DNA of 64,000 nucleotides. Origin: a virus. Its lineage: Duplodnaviria; Heunggongvirae; Uroviricota; Caudoviricetes. Positions within the stretch are counted from its first letter, which is position 1; each line of letters begins with the position of its first letter. Below, one piece after another: positions 49,319-57,582 of this stretch. The position numbers were made by a program, and so were the translations under genes. The notes under the pieces were generated by a model that was not told where the DNA came from, did not search any database, and saw only the letters and a program-made list of their open reading frames with translations. Location of the stretch: positions 55,178-119,177 of IMG/VR virus record IMGVR_UViG_3300020048_006428; one strand, written 5' to 3'.

Positions 49319-50644
49319 ATGGCTAAAGCAATAAAATTATCTGATGATTTATGGCAATTATTAGATAGATTAAATGGGTGTGAACGGATAATTTGGGATA
49401 TTCAGTTATTGGATTCTAATTATAATATCAATAATAAACTGGATATTGATGTGTTAGATATGTCTGATAAAAGTTCTTATTTTGATGTTGTTGTCAATAA
49501 AAAAACTCATAGAATAAAGATAGTTAATTTTTTAGAAACTTATTATGGTAAGAAATATTCTGCTTTTGAAATTGAAGAATTTATATCTGAATATAATAAG
49601 ATTATTGGTGGTGTTCAACCTAAAAATACAACACCAATAAAACCAAGACCATTTAAATACGAACCATTAAATATAAGAGATACATTCATATCTTTGGTTA
49701 CTGAAACATATCCAATGGGTTATGAAGATGAAGTTGTTCCACTTTTGAAAAAAGGTTTGAAAAAAGATAAATTTGGTAACTATTATTATATAATTGGTAA
49801 TAGCACAACAGCTTTTACAAGTCATCTTGATACTGTTTCAAGGAAAAAGGAAAATATAAATCTACAATCATATACTAAAGATGGTCAAGAATTTATTGTA
49901 AGTGATGAAACAACAATATTAGGTGCTGATGATAAAGCGGGTGTTTGTATATTATTATATATGATTGAACATAACATACCAGGTGTATATTGGTTTTTCT
50001 ATGGTGAAGAAAGGGGTGGACAAGGTTCAGCAAGGGTTGCTGATAATTTAAATAAATATCCATTTATGAAAAATGTTAATAAGATAATATCTTTTGATAG
50101 AAGAAATTATTTTTCTGTAATAACATCACAAATGGGAACAGAATGTTGTTCTAAAGAATTTGCAGTTTCTTTATGTAGCGAATTAAATAATAATGGGCTT
50201 AATATGAGTTTAGACCCAACTGGTGTTTTTACGGACTCTGCTAATTTTATAGAATTGATACCAGAATGCACTAATGTTTCTGTTGGATATTTTAATGAAC
50301 ATACACATAATGAAATACAAAATATAACTTTCTTAGAAAAATTAGCCAAATCTTGTGTTAAAGTAAATTGGGAAAAACTGGTTGTTAAGAGAAGAGTTGG
50401 ATTTAGTAATAATATTTTATTAAAATATGATCCATTAATAAAAGGTATGAAAAAATTAGTATTTAATAATACTGAAAAAATAACGGAAGAAAAAGGAAAA
50501 TTAGTAATAATATTAGGGATTGATGATCCAGATCCAAATAATTTATATGAAGATTTAGTGTCATTACGTTCATTATTTGTATTACACAAATTGGATCCAG
50601 ATATAACTTTTGATAATTATATCATAAAAATAGAATTAAATTAA
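49319..50644 (+). CDS. M28/M20-family metallopeptidase with an N-terminal domain shared with the SCM family
   Basis: SHLDTV, LGADDKAG, GEE.G..GS, SFDRR, FTDS, NVSVGY..EHT..E. Confidence 0.85.
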   Translation: MAKAIKLSDDLWQLLDRLNGCERIIWDIQLLDSNYNINNKLDIDVLDMSDKSSYFDVVVNKKTHRIKIVNFLETYYGKKYSAFEIEEFISEYNKIIGGVQPKNTTPIKPRPFKYEPLNIRDTFISLVTETYPMGYEDEVVPLLKKGLKKDKFGNYYYIIGNSTTAFTSHLDTVSRKKENINLQSYTKDGQEFIVSDETTILGADDKAGVCILLYMIEHNIPGVYWFFYGEERGGQGSARVADNLNKYPFMKNVNKIISFDRRNYFSVITSQMGTECCSKEFAVSLCSELNNNGLNMSLDPTGVFTDSANFIELIPECTNVSVGYFNEHTHNEIQNITFLEKLAKSCVKVNWEKLVVKRRVGFSNNILLKYDPLIKGMKKLVFNNTEKITEEKGKLVIILGIDDPDPNNLYEDLVSLRSLFVLHKLDPDITFDNYIIKIELN

Positions 50645-50645
50645 T

Positions 50646-50999
50646 ATGGCATTGAAGAAATTTATAGATATTCTAAAAGAAAATTTAGATGATAGTAATA
50701 CTTTTGAAGAAATAGCTTATATTTTGAGAAAAATGTCTAAAACTTCTGGTATAGTATCTAATATATATACAAATAATGATAGTTTAACCGCAGAATTTAC
50801 ATTAGTTGATACTAAAAAGATATCTGATTTGCTTAAAATAATGGGTTTTGTAAAAAAGATAAAATCCGATATATTAATACAATATGTTTCTGAAATAGAT
50901 TTATGTATGGATAAGGACAATAAACCTTCACTTATCGTGAACTTTTATTATGATACTGATGTTGATGGTGAATATAACGAAGAAGATATTCCATATTAA
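50646..50999 (+). CDS. Hypothetical protein (MALKKFIDILKEN)
   Basis: Coupled to the peptidase gene; motif variant. Confidence 0.6.
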   Translation: MALKKFIDILKENLDDSNTFEEIAYILRKMSKTSGIVSNIYTNNDSLTAEFTLVDTKKISDLLKIMGFVKKIKSDILIQYVSEIDLCMDKDNKPSLIVNFYYDTDVDGEYNEEDIPY

Positions 51000-51007
51000 A
51001 AAAATAA

Positions 51008-51150
51008 TTTTAAACTTATTTGGATATTTAAAATATAATATATATCTTTGTAGTGTTATAAATATCCAACCAACAAAAAAAGATTTTTTAAAATAGTTTT
51101 AAACTTATTTGGATATTTAAAATATAATATATATCTTTGTAGTGTTATAA
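51008..51150 (+). repeat. Exact 54-bp direct repeat (51008-51061 and 51097-51150) carrying overlapping promoter motifs upstream of the tmRNA
   Basis: ttttaaacttatttggatatttaaaatataatatatatctttgtagtgttataa occurs twice. Confidence 0.92.
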
Positions 51151-51191
51151 TAATTATAACAACTTTTAGTATCAACAAACGCACAACACAA

Positions 51192-51547
51192 GGGGGTGAC
51201 ATGGTATTGATTCGTAGGATAAGGTTAATTATGCAAGCATCGGATGATATCTAAACCGATTTAAAAATGGTATTAAACCGCTTTAAATGGCAACAAAAAT
51301 GAAGTAGCAAGCAAAGAAGATGTAGTATTTGCATTGCGTAACAACATCCTTAAAGGTAGCGAAGTAGCAACAGCTTAAGAGACTCCAAACAGATTGAACC
51401 CTGTGATAGTTCCGATGAAGTTTTCTTTTGTAAATCGTTAAAAAGAAATTGAATAATTTTGTAAGTTTAGAAAAACTTACTAAGCTTGTAAATGAATAGT
51501 TAGTTTTAACTAAGGAAGACTCGGCTTCGAAGCCGACACCTCCACCA
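51192..51547 (+). ncRNA. ssrA: tmRNA
   Basis: 5' GGGGGTG pairs with CACCTCC before ACCA-3', giving a G3:U alanine determinant; T-arm-like hairpin; internal tag ORF 51289-51378 ending in ATA*. Confidence 0.92.
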
Positions 51548-51551
51548 AATT

Positions 51552-51582
51552 AATCCAACAGTTTTAAACTGTTGGATTTTTT
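51552..51582 (+). terminator. Terminator after the tmRNA
   Basis: aatccaacagttt-t-aaactgttggattttt. Confidence 0.75.
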
Positions 51583-51624
51583 ATTTAAACATTTTTTTCT
51601 TTTTTATATATAAAAAAGAAAAAA

Positions 51625-52029
51625 ATGACACAAAGTAACACAGAAATTTATAAAAAATGGGGAAGTTCTGGACATTTAGAAAATATAGAAAAAATATGGA
51701 AAAATCAATTAGCATATGATAGTTCAACCAGTAGTGTTAGTGAATTTGATGATTTATTTTTCCCAATTGCAAAAAGTGTTTTTGCTCAAACAATTGGGCA
51801 GGATTTGGTAACTGTCCAACCACTAAGTGGGGGTTATAATACAGAAGAAGAATTAGAAAAAATTAAAAATGAAATAAAATCAGAAAATAGAGATTCAAAA
51901 ATAGAATCTTTATTAGAAGATAAAGAATATAATGAAAAGAAAATTGAAGAACATCCTGACTATAAAAAAGGACCACAACCACTATTATATTATTTAGATT
52001 ATAAATACAAAAACGATGAAGATAATTAA
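51625..52029 (+). CDS. Miniature paralog of the major capsid protein N-terminal region
   Basis: KKW...LE, FPIAKSVFAQTIGQDLVTVQP...LYYLDYKY vs capsid LPVAMKIAAQTIGLDLVSVKP...LLYIDFQY. Confidence 0.75.
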   Translation: MTQSNTEIYKKWGSSGHLENIEKIWKNQLAYDSSTSSVSEFDDLFFPIAKSVFAQTIGQDLVTVQPLSGGYNTEEELEKIKNEIKSENRDSKIESLLEDKEYNEKKIEEHPDYKKGPQPLLYYLDYKYKNDEDN

Positions 52030-52092
52030 AACTAGAGTTGCCCCATTACCTACTGGACAAATAAATTGTTGTTTCTAAATAAAATTTGGAAT

Positions 52093-52134
52093 AAAAAAAA
52101 TAAGATAGGCTAAAAACCTATCTTATTTTTTTTT
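52093..52134. terminator. Bidirectional intrinsic terminator
   Basis: aaaaaaaataagatagg-ctaaaaa-cctatcttattttttttt. Confidence 0.8.
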
Positions 52135-52135
52135 A

Positions 52136-53791
52136 TTAATGTTCGCACTCTACTTCACCTGATCCTTCACAATAAGAACATCCACCATGTTCACATTCTC
52201 CACAATCTTCTGTGCCTCTACCATCACATACCTCACATTCAAAATCTCCTTCTCCATCACAACGCTCACAATTTTGTTTACATGAACCTTCACATTCACC
52301 ACATTCCACTTTACCTGATCCACCACAATCACTACATTCTTCCATTTCATCATCATTTCCTTCTATTTCACCTGACCCATCACAATTTGTGCATTCTATT
52401 TCACCTGACCCATCACATTCATCACAATTTTCCTTACCTGATCCACCACATTCATAACAGTCATATTTACCCGTTCCATCACAACTTGAACAATCATTAT
52501 CACCACTCCCACCACATTCATTACAAACTCCTGTTCCACCACAGTCATAACAATCTGTATATCCACTTCCTTGACACCTTGAACAAAATCCTGTCCATCT
52601 ACCATTTGTATAATCTCTTAATTCAATCATACCTGTATGATTATCTTCTGTTGATAATATCCCATCAATATAACTATAATATATAAATGTATCAAGATAT
52701 GGGTAATAATTATGATGATATGCATCTACTTCTACCACTAATTCACCATCAATTAATTCGCCAGTTGGGGATTCGATTGGTGAATCTTCACTATTGTTAT
52801 TAAACTTCTTAATATAGAATCCATTTGATTTAGCATACTTGTGAAATAATACAACATCCGATTCATCGCAAGTATATACTCTATCCATAAAGGTAATATT
52901 TTCTGGATTACTTAATTTCCAAACTAATGCACGACCTTTTATTAGATTTCTATCATTATCACTATATAATACTAATAAACTACACACATCTTTATTATCA
53001 CAATATATATCAAATCTTTCACTATCAACATTTCTCATACAAGAACTACCTAATGTTCCAATTTTTCTATCATAATTATATGCAGAATACCAATGTGATA
53101 TAGCACTACCTGATACCAATTCAAAATAATCGAACTTTTTATTAAATATATCTATTTCAGATTTGCAGTCATTAACAAATTTTTCCAATTCTGAATCTGT
53201 ATATTTAATATTTGCTGAATTTAAAATACTTCTAATTCCCCTACCTATTTTTATATCTTGTCTTTTTGTAGAAAATGGTGTTTCGCCATTTATTACTGAA
53301 TTATCATCTTCAAGTATTGTTATATCATTTCCAACATCATCAAATTTAACCTTATAATAATATGTGTTGTTATAATATATTTTATCTAAAATAGTTCCTA
53401 CTTCACCACTTATAGGTATATAAAGACCAGTTTTTTCCATATTAACATAACTTTTACCATTTTCTATATAAACATTTAAATTAAATGGTTTACATACTTT
53501 TTCTATAAAATCAGGGGTTATTATTGCAAGTCCACCTCCATTATATTTTATATTTTTTGTATTTAATATAGATTGTGCTTTTTTATCTGTTATAAAGGAA
53601 ATATGTTCTGGTTTATCTGATAAATCAATATAATTGTTTGGTGTATTAATATCAACATTGTCCAAATCTAAAAGAGCATCTGATAGTGGTGATTTCATAT
53701 TACTTAAAACTTCTTTGAATTGTCTAGAAAATACTAAAATTGATTCCATTAGCATTGATTCTAATAGGAAATCATCATATTTATTTATCAT
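52136..53791 (-). CDS. 'SCM' paralog family protein with C-terminal CxxCxGxG repeats
   Basis: Close paralog of 1427 (KYDDFLLES.LMES, RQDIKIGRGIR, SCM, GRALVW, MDRVY); about 12 zinc-finger units. Confidence 0.75.
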   Translation of the reverse strand: MINKYDDFLLESMLMESILVFSRQFKEVLSNMKSPLSDALLDLDNVDINTPNNYIDLSDKPEHISFITDKKAQSILNTKNIKYNGGGLAIITPDFIEKVCKPFNLNVYIENGKSYVNMEKTGLYIPISGEVGTILDKIYYNNTYYYKVKFDDVGNDITILEDDNSVINGETPFSTKRQDIKIGRGIRSILNSANIKYTDSELEKFVNDCKSEIDIFNKKFDYFELVSGSAISHWYSAYNYDRKIGTLGSSCMRNVDSERFDIYCDNKDVCSLLVLYSDNDRNLIKGRALVWKLSNPENITFMDRVYTCDESDVVLFHKYAKSNGFYIKKFNNNSEDSPIESPTGELIDGELVVEVDAYHHNYYPYLDTFIYYSYIDGILSTEDNHTGMIELRDYTNGRWTGFCSRCQGSGYTDCYDCGGTGVCNECGGSGDNDCSSCDGTGKYDCYECGGSGKENCDECDGSGEIECTNCDGSGEIEGNDDEMEECSDCGGSGKVECGECEGSCKQNCERCDGEGDFECEVCDGRGTEDCGECEHGGCSYCEGSGEVECEH

Positions 53792-53818
53792 TATTTAAAT
53801 TTATTTTTTTTTGAATAT

Positions 53819-54298
53819 TTATTCAAATGCACATGTACATTCTTCACAACAAACACAATCCATATCACCGGAACAATCACCACAACAACCACATCCACAA
53901 TAGTCATCATCATTTTCAAATGATCTATCGTTATTATTATCATCTAATGATGTATTTGTTCTTGGTAATGAACGATCATCAATCATTCCTGATTGAAAAG
54001 CTTCAAATTTTTGAATTTTAAAAGTTTTATTTGATTTTTCTGATGGAAAATCGTCTTCTATTTGTTCTATTCTACCATCAACTTCATCTTCTGTAATATC
54101 ATCGTATTTTCTTGTTACTTTATTAAATTTATGTCTAAATTTATTAGGTAACTCATATGTATCATTTTCGTTATCAAGATAAGTTCTTTTCATTTTAGAA
54201 AGTTCTTCTTTTTCACCTTCTTCATTATCAATGAAATCATTATAATGATGTATTTTAGAATAAGGTGTTTGATAGTTTTGTGTATTATCTTTTCTCAC
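53819..54298 (-). CDS. Acidic protein with metallothionein-like Cys-rich tail
   Basis: YCGCGCCGDCSGDMDCVCCEECTC; GTG start; internal KIQKFEAF. Confidence 0.6.
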   Translation of the reverse strand: MRKDNTQNYQTPYSKIHHYNDFIDNEEGEKEELSKMKRTYLDNENDTYELPNKFRHKFNKVTRKYDDITEDEVDGRIEQIEDDFPSEKSNKTFKIQKFEAFQSGMIDDRSLPRTNTSLDDNNNDRSFENDDDYCGCGCCGDCSGDMDCVCCEECTCAFE

Positions 54299-54333
54299 TA
54301 TAAATTGTTTTATTTTTATTATATATTAAAATT

Positions 54334-55026
54334 TTATTTATTTATTTTTTCATCTAATAATTTAGCCACATTACTTCCAATCATAAAGTGTATATTTTGT
54401 AATGTATCACTTTCAATTGTTTTATATTCATCTAAAAATCTAAATTGGAATGTGTAAGTATCATATACTTCATCCTTTTTTCTTTCATTTTTAGATATTG
54501 ATAGGAATATTCTATAATTGTTATTTATATTTATTTCAAAATCAAATGTTATTTTATCACATGGTGTTGTTTTGAATTTTGGTTCATATTTAACTTCATA
54601 TATAGAATAATCAGTTATTTTAGCTCTTTTCATATAATAATTTAAAAACATTGCTGGTGCTTCAATAAAATCTGATAGGATTTGTAAATCTTCGCCAAAA
54701 TCATTAGATATAACAATATCTTCAATTTTTGACTTTAAATCAATTACATTTTTAAAATCCATTTTATGATAAACGCAATCAATATCATAAAGATATATGA
54801 AAGCATTTTCAACTATATTTCTTTTTTCCAAATCTGTTTTGAATATAAATTTGGTGTGTATTATTAAGGTATCTTCAATAGATAAATTATGAATTGATAT
54901 TACCAATTTATAATATTTTTCGTCTTTATCCATTTCATAGACAGTTTCAACTGAACTTACTCTACCTTCTTCTTCTTCAAAGATTTCTTTGAATGTTTGT
55001 TCTATTTCCGATATTTTAATTTTCAT
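54334..55026 (-). CDS. Hypothetical protein
   Basis: Intact 230-aa ORF. Confidence 0.65.
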   Translation of the reverse strand: MKIKISEIEQTFKEIFEEEEGRVSSVETVYEMDKDEKYYKLVISIHNLSIEDTLIIHTKFIFKTDLEKRNIVENAFIYLYDIDCVYHKMDFKNVIDLKSKIEDIVISNDFGEDLQILSDFIEAPAMFLNYYMKRAKITDYSIYEVKYEPKFKTTPCDKITFDFEININNNYRIFLSISKNERKKDEVYDTYTFQFRFLDEYKTIESDTLQNIHFMIGSNVAKLLDEKINK

Positions 55027-55613
55027 ATATATGTGTAACCTTCTATTTTTTGTGGTAATTCTACTGATTGTTTATAATATTCATTAAAATCTTTTAAAGC
55101 ATCTATTAATCTATGCTTAACTATTTTACAATCCTTTCTTAAAAAATTATATGTTTCCTGATATTCTTCAAAAAACTTAATATCACCAAACATATTAATT
55201 AAATCTGCTACTTTCGTATCCATAAAGAATATACGATTAGCTAATCCATTTGAATTAGCTAATCCATTTAAATCAGCTAATTCAAAATTATATCCAATAT
55301 TTATAAAATTTTTTATTTCTTTTGGGCACCCTTCTAAAGTAGTTAAATAATTAGAAGAGCAATCAAAACTATCACCAACATAATTTGGACACCCTTCTAA
55401 TGTAGTTAATTGATTATCTGAACAATCAAACCAACCAGAAACTCTATTAAATTTCAGGGGCATTTCTTTTAATTGCATATTACATAACCAAACTGTACCT
55501 TCCACATCAATACTTCCATCTGAATTTATGGTATAGTTTTGAATGTTATATTTTTTACAAATATCATCAATTTCTGATTTATTAAAGTTTTCAAATAATT
55601 TTAAGTATTTCAT
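55023..55613 (-). CDS. LRR-like paralog family protein
   Basis: Start reassigned to MKYLKLFENF at 55613; same termini as 13908, 22795 and 23439. Confidence 0.78.
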   Translation of the reverse strand: MKYLKLFENFNKSEIDDICKKYNIQNYTINSDGSIDVEGTVWLCNMQLKEMPLKFNRVSGWFDCSDNQLTTLEGCPNYVGDSFDCSSNYLTTLEGCPKEIKNFINIGYNFELADLNGLANSNGLANRIFFMDTKVADLINMFGDIKFFEEYQETYNFLRKDCKIVKHRLIDALKDFNEYYKQSVELPQKIEGYTYI

Positions 55614-55614
55614 T

Positions 55615-56367
55615 TTATTTATATTGTCTATCATATGATTTCTGTTTAGCATCAATTATTCTTTGTGTATAACCATTTCTTCGTAATAATTTAAATACTA
55701 AATTTTCTACTGAATATTCACCTTCACCTTCTAATCCTGCTTTCCTACCATCTTTTATCTTTTTCCAAAGTTTTTTAAGCTTAGATGATATTTCAACATA
55801 GTCTTTATTAGAATCTAATTCCGCTTCAATTTCTTTTACTGATTTCATTATTTTACCCGCCTTTGTTCTTATTAATTTATCATCAACTTTAAATGTTTGT
55901 TTAGTTGGCTTAACAATCCATTCACTATTTAATAATGAATATTGTCCTGATGAAATATGTTCTTGTTTTGAATCTTGGCAATATAACTCAGTTTCATATC
56001 CAAGTATTTTTATATCGTGTTGGAACTTCCATACTTTTTCTTTAGCATCTAAATATTTCTTAACTAAATCAATATTTTTATCTGCTTTTGAAAAATCAAA
56101 TATCAAATGTATATCAAAATCAGAATATTCACTCCAATTGAAATTTGCTAAAGATCCAGTTAATATTATATCTTCTAATTCAACACCATCCAATTCAACA
56201 TAATCAAAATAGTCATAAGCCAATTTTAATAAATCTTCTTTTATATCAGTATCTAAAATAAAATTATCCCATATTTTTGGATTTAATTCATCTTTCAAAT
56301 TGAAAGATTTTATTGGTTCAAATTGTGCTTGTGTGAATTCATTAAATTCAAAAAACTTTTTTATCAT
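55615..56367 (-). CDS. Pol-beta-superfamily nucleotidyltransferase with MIKKFFEFNE N-terminus
   Basis: LTGS.AN...YSDFDIH...ETELY = GS..DxD..E/D catalytic pattern. Confidence 0.75.
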   Translation of the reverse strand: MIKKFFEFNEFTQAQFEPIKSFNLKDELNPKIWDNFILDTDIKEDLLKLAYDYFDYVELDGVELEDIILTGSLANFNWSEYSDFDIHLIFDFSKADKNIDLVKKYLDAKEKVWKFQHDIKILGYETELYCQDSKQEHISSGQYSLLNSEWIVKPTKQTFKVDDKLIRTKAGKIMKSVKEIEAELDSNKDYVEISSKLKKLWKKIKDGRKAGLEGEGEYSVENLVFKLLRRNGYTQRIIDAKQKSYDRQYK

Positions 56368-56421
56368 AGTTTTAAAATTAAAAATTTAATATATATATTA
56401 AATTTAATACATACTAAAATT

Positions 56422-57543
56422 ATGATTTATAACTATAATGATTTTTTATTAGAATCATATCTATTTGCATCTAAATATTTTATAGATGTCTTAAAAAATA
56501 TTAATGATGATATTTCCAATGATTTATCTAAATTGATTTTTAATGATGTTAATACTAAATATAATGCCCTAAATATAACAGATAAGAATGATATTATATC
56601 ATTTATACCAGATAGCCAATATAATGATAAAATTAATCAGGGTATAAACCCAATTGATTTATTTAGTGATAGCAACAATAAAACAAGTGTTGGTAGAATA
56701 GTAAGAAAAATACTTAAAGATAATAATAAAGAATATTCAGATCAAGAATTAGAAGCATTTGTTAATAAATTCAAAGCAACTTGGTCAAAATTCAAAAAGA
56801 CAAATGATGATATAAGATTAGTAAGTGGCGAAGAAATTAGATTTTGGTATCTTCAAGATAACTATAATGATGATGCATTGGTTGGTTATGGAACACTTGG
56901 TAAATCTTGTATGCGTTTTGACGAATGTCAATTTTATTTTGATATTTATGTAAAAAATCCAGATGTTTGTAGATTACTAATATTTACAAATGATGAAAAT
57001 GAATTAATGGCAAGGGCATTAGTATGGGAAACTTCAAAAGGTAAATACTTAGATAGGGTATATTACACAAATCCAGAAGAAGAAAATCTATTAAATGATT
57101 GGACTGAAAATAACTTAGATTGTGATTTATATTGGACAAACGGTAGTATTCCAAGATTTGAAGTTAATCTATCTGTTGGTGGAAATTTTAAATTCTATCC
57201 ATATTTAGACTCAATACCATATTATTCACCAACTTCAAATAAATTATATAATTATATAGCAGATGAACCAACTCTATTCTTTTTACAAGATGATGATGGG
57301 ACATATGTAGATGTATCAGAAGTTTATTGTGATTATTTAGATACTTATGCAAAAAAAAGCAATTGTTTTTGGTCAAATATACATAATTCTTATTTACCAA
57401 TGTATCTATGTCTTTATAGCACATATTATAATGATTTTGTATTTAAAGATGATGTTGTGTATTTAGCAAGCGTTGATGGTTATGTATTAATTGATGATGT
57501 AATAAAAGATGAAGATGGAAATTATACTTTACGTGAAGATTAA
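56422..57543 (+). CDS. 'SCM' paralog family protein
   Basis: Start reassigned to MIYNYNDFLLES; GTLGKSCMR, ARALVW, YLDRVY, YPYLD. Confidence 0.75.
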   Translation: MIYNYNDFLLESYLFASKYFIDVLKNINDDISNDLSKLIFNDVNTKYNALNITDKNDIISFIPDSQYNDKINQGINPIDLFSDSNNKTSVGRIVRKILKDNNKEYSDQELEAFVNKFKATWSKFKKTNDDIRLVSGEEIRFWYLQDNYNDDALVGYGTLGKSCMRFDECQFYFDIYVKNPDVCRLLIFTNDENELMARALVWETSKGKYLDRVYYTNPEEENLLNDWTENNLDCDLYWTNGSIPRFEVNLSVGGNFKFYPYLDSIPYYSPTSNKLYNYIADEPTLFFLQDDDGTYVDVSEVYCDYLDTYAKKSNCFWSNIHNSYLPMYLCLYSTYYNDFVFKDDVVYLASVDGYVLIDDVIKDEDGNYTLRED

Positions 57544-57568
57544 ACAAATAAGAAAAAATAAATATAAT
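57541..57568 (+). promoter_or_regulatory. Putative class-II promoter TAAAC-N17-TATAAT
   Basis: Seen directly upstream of 57583. Confidence 0.55.
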
Positions 57569-57582
57569 AAGAAAAAATAAAT

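Noticed and set aside
51008-51150. 54-bp direct repeat as a mini-CRISPR or att site
   Set aside because: Only two copies, composed of promoter motifs, with no integrase or cas gene nearby.
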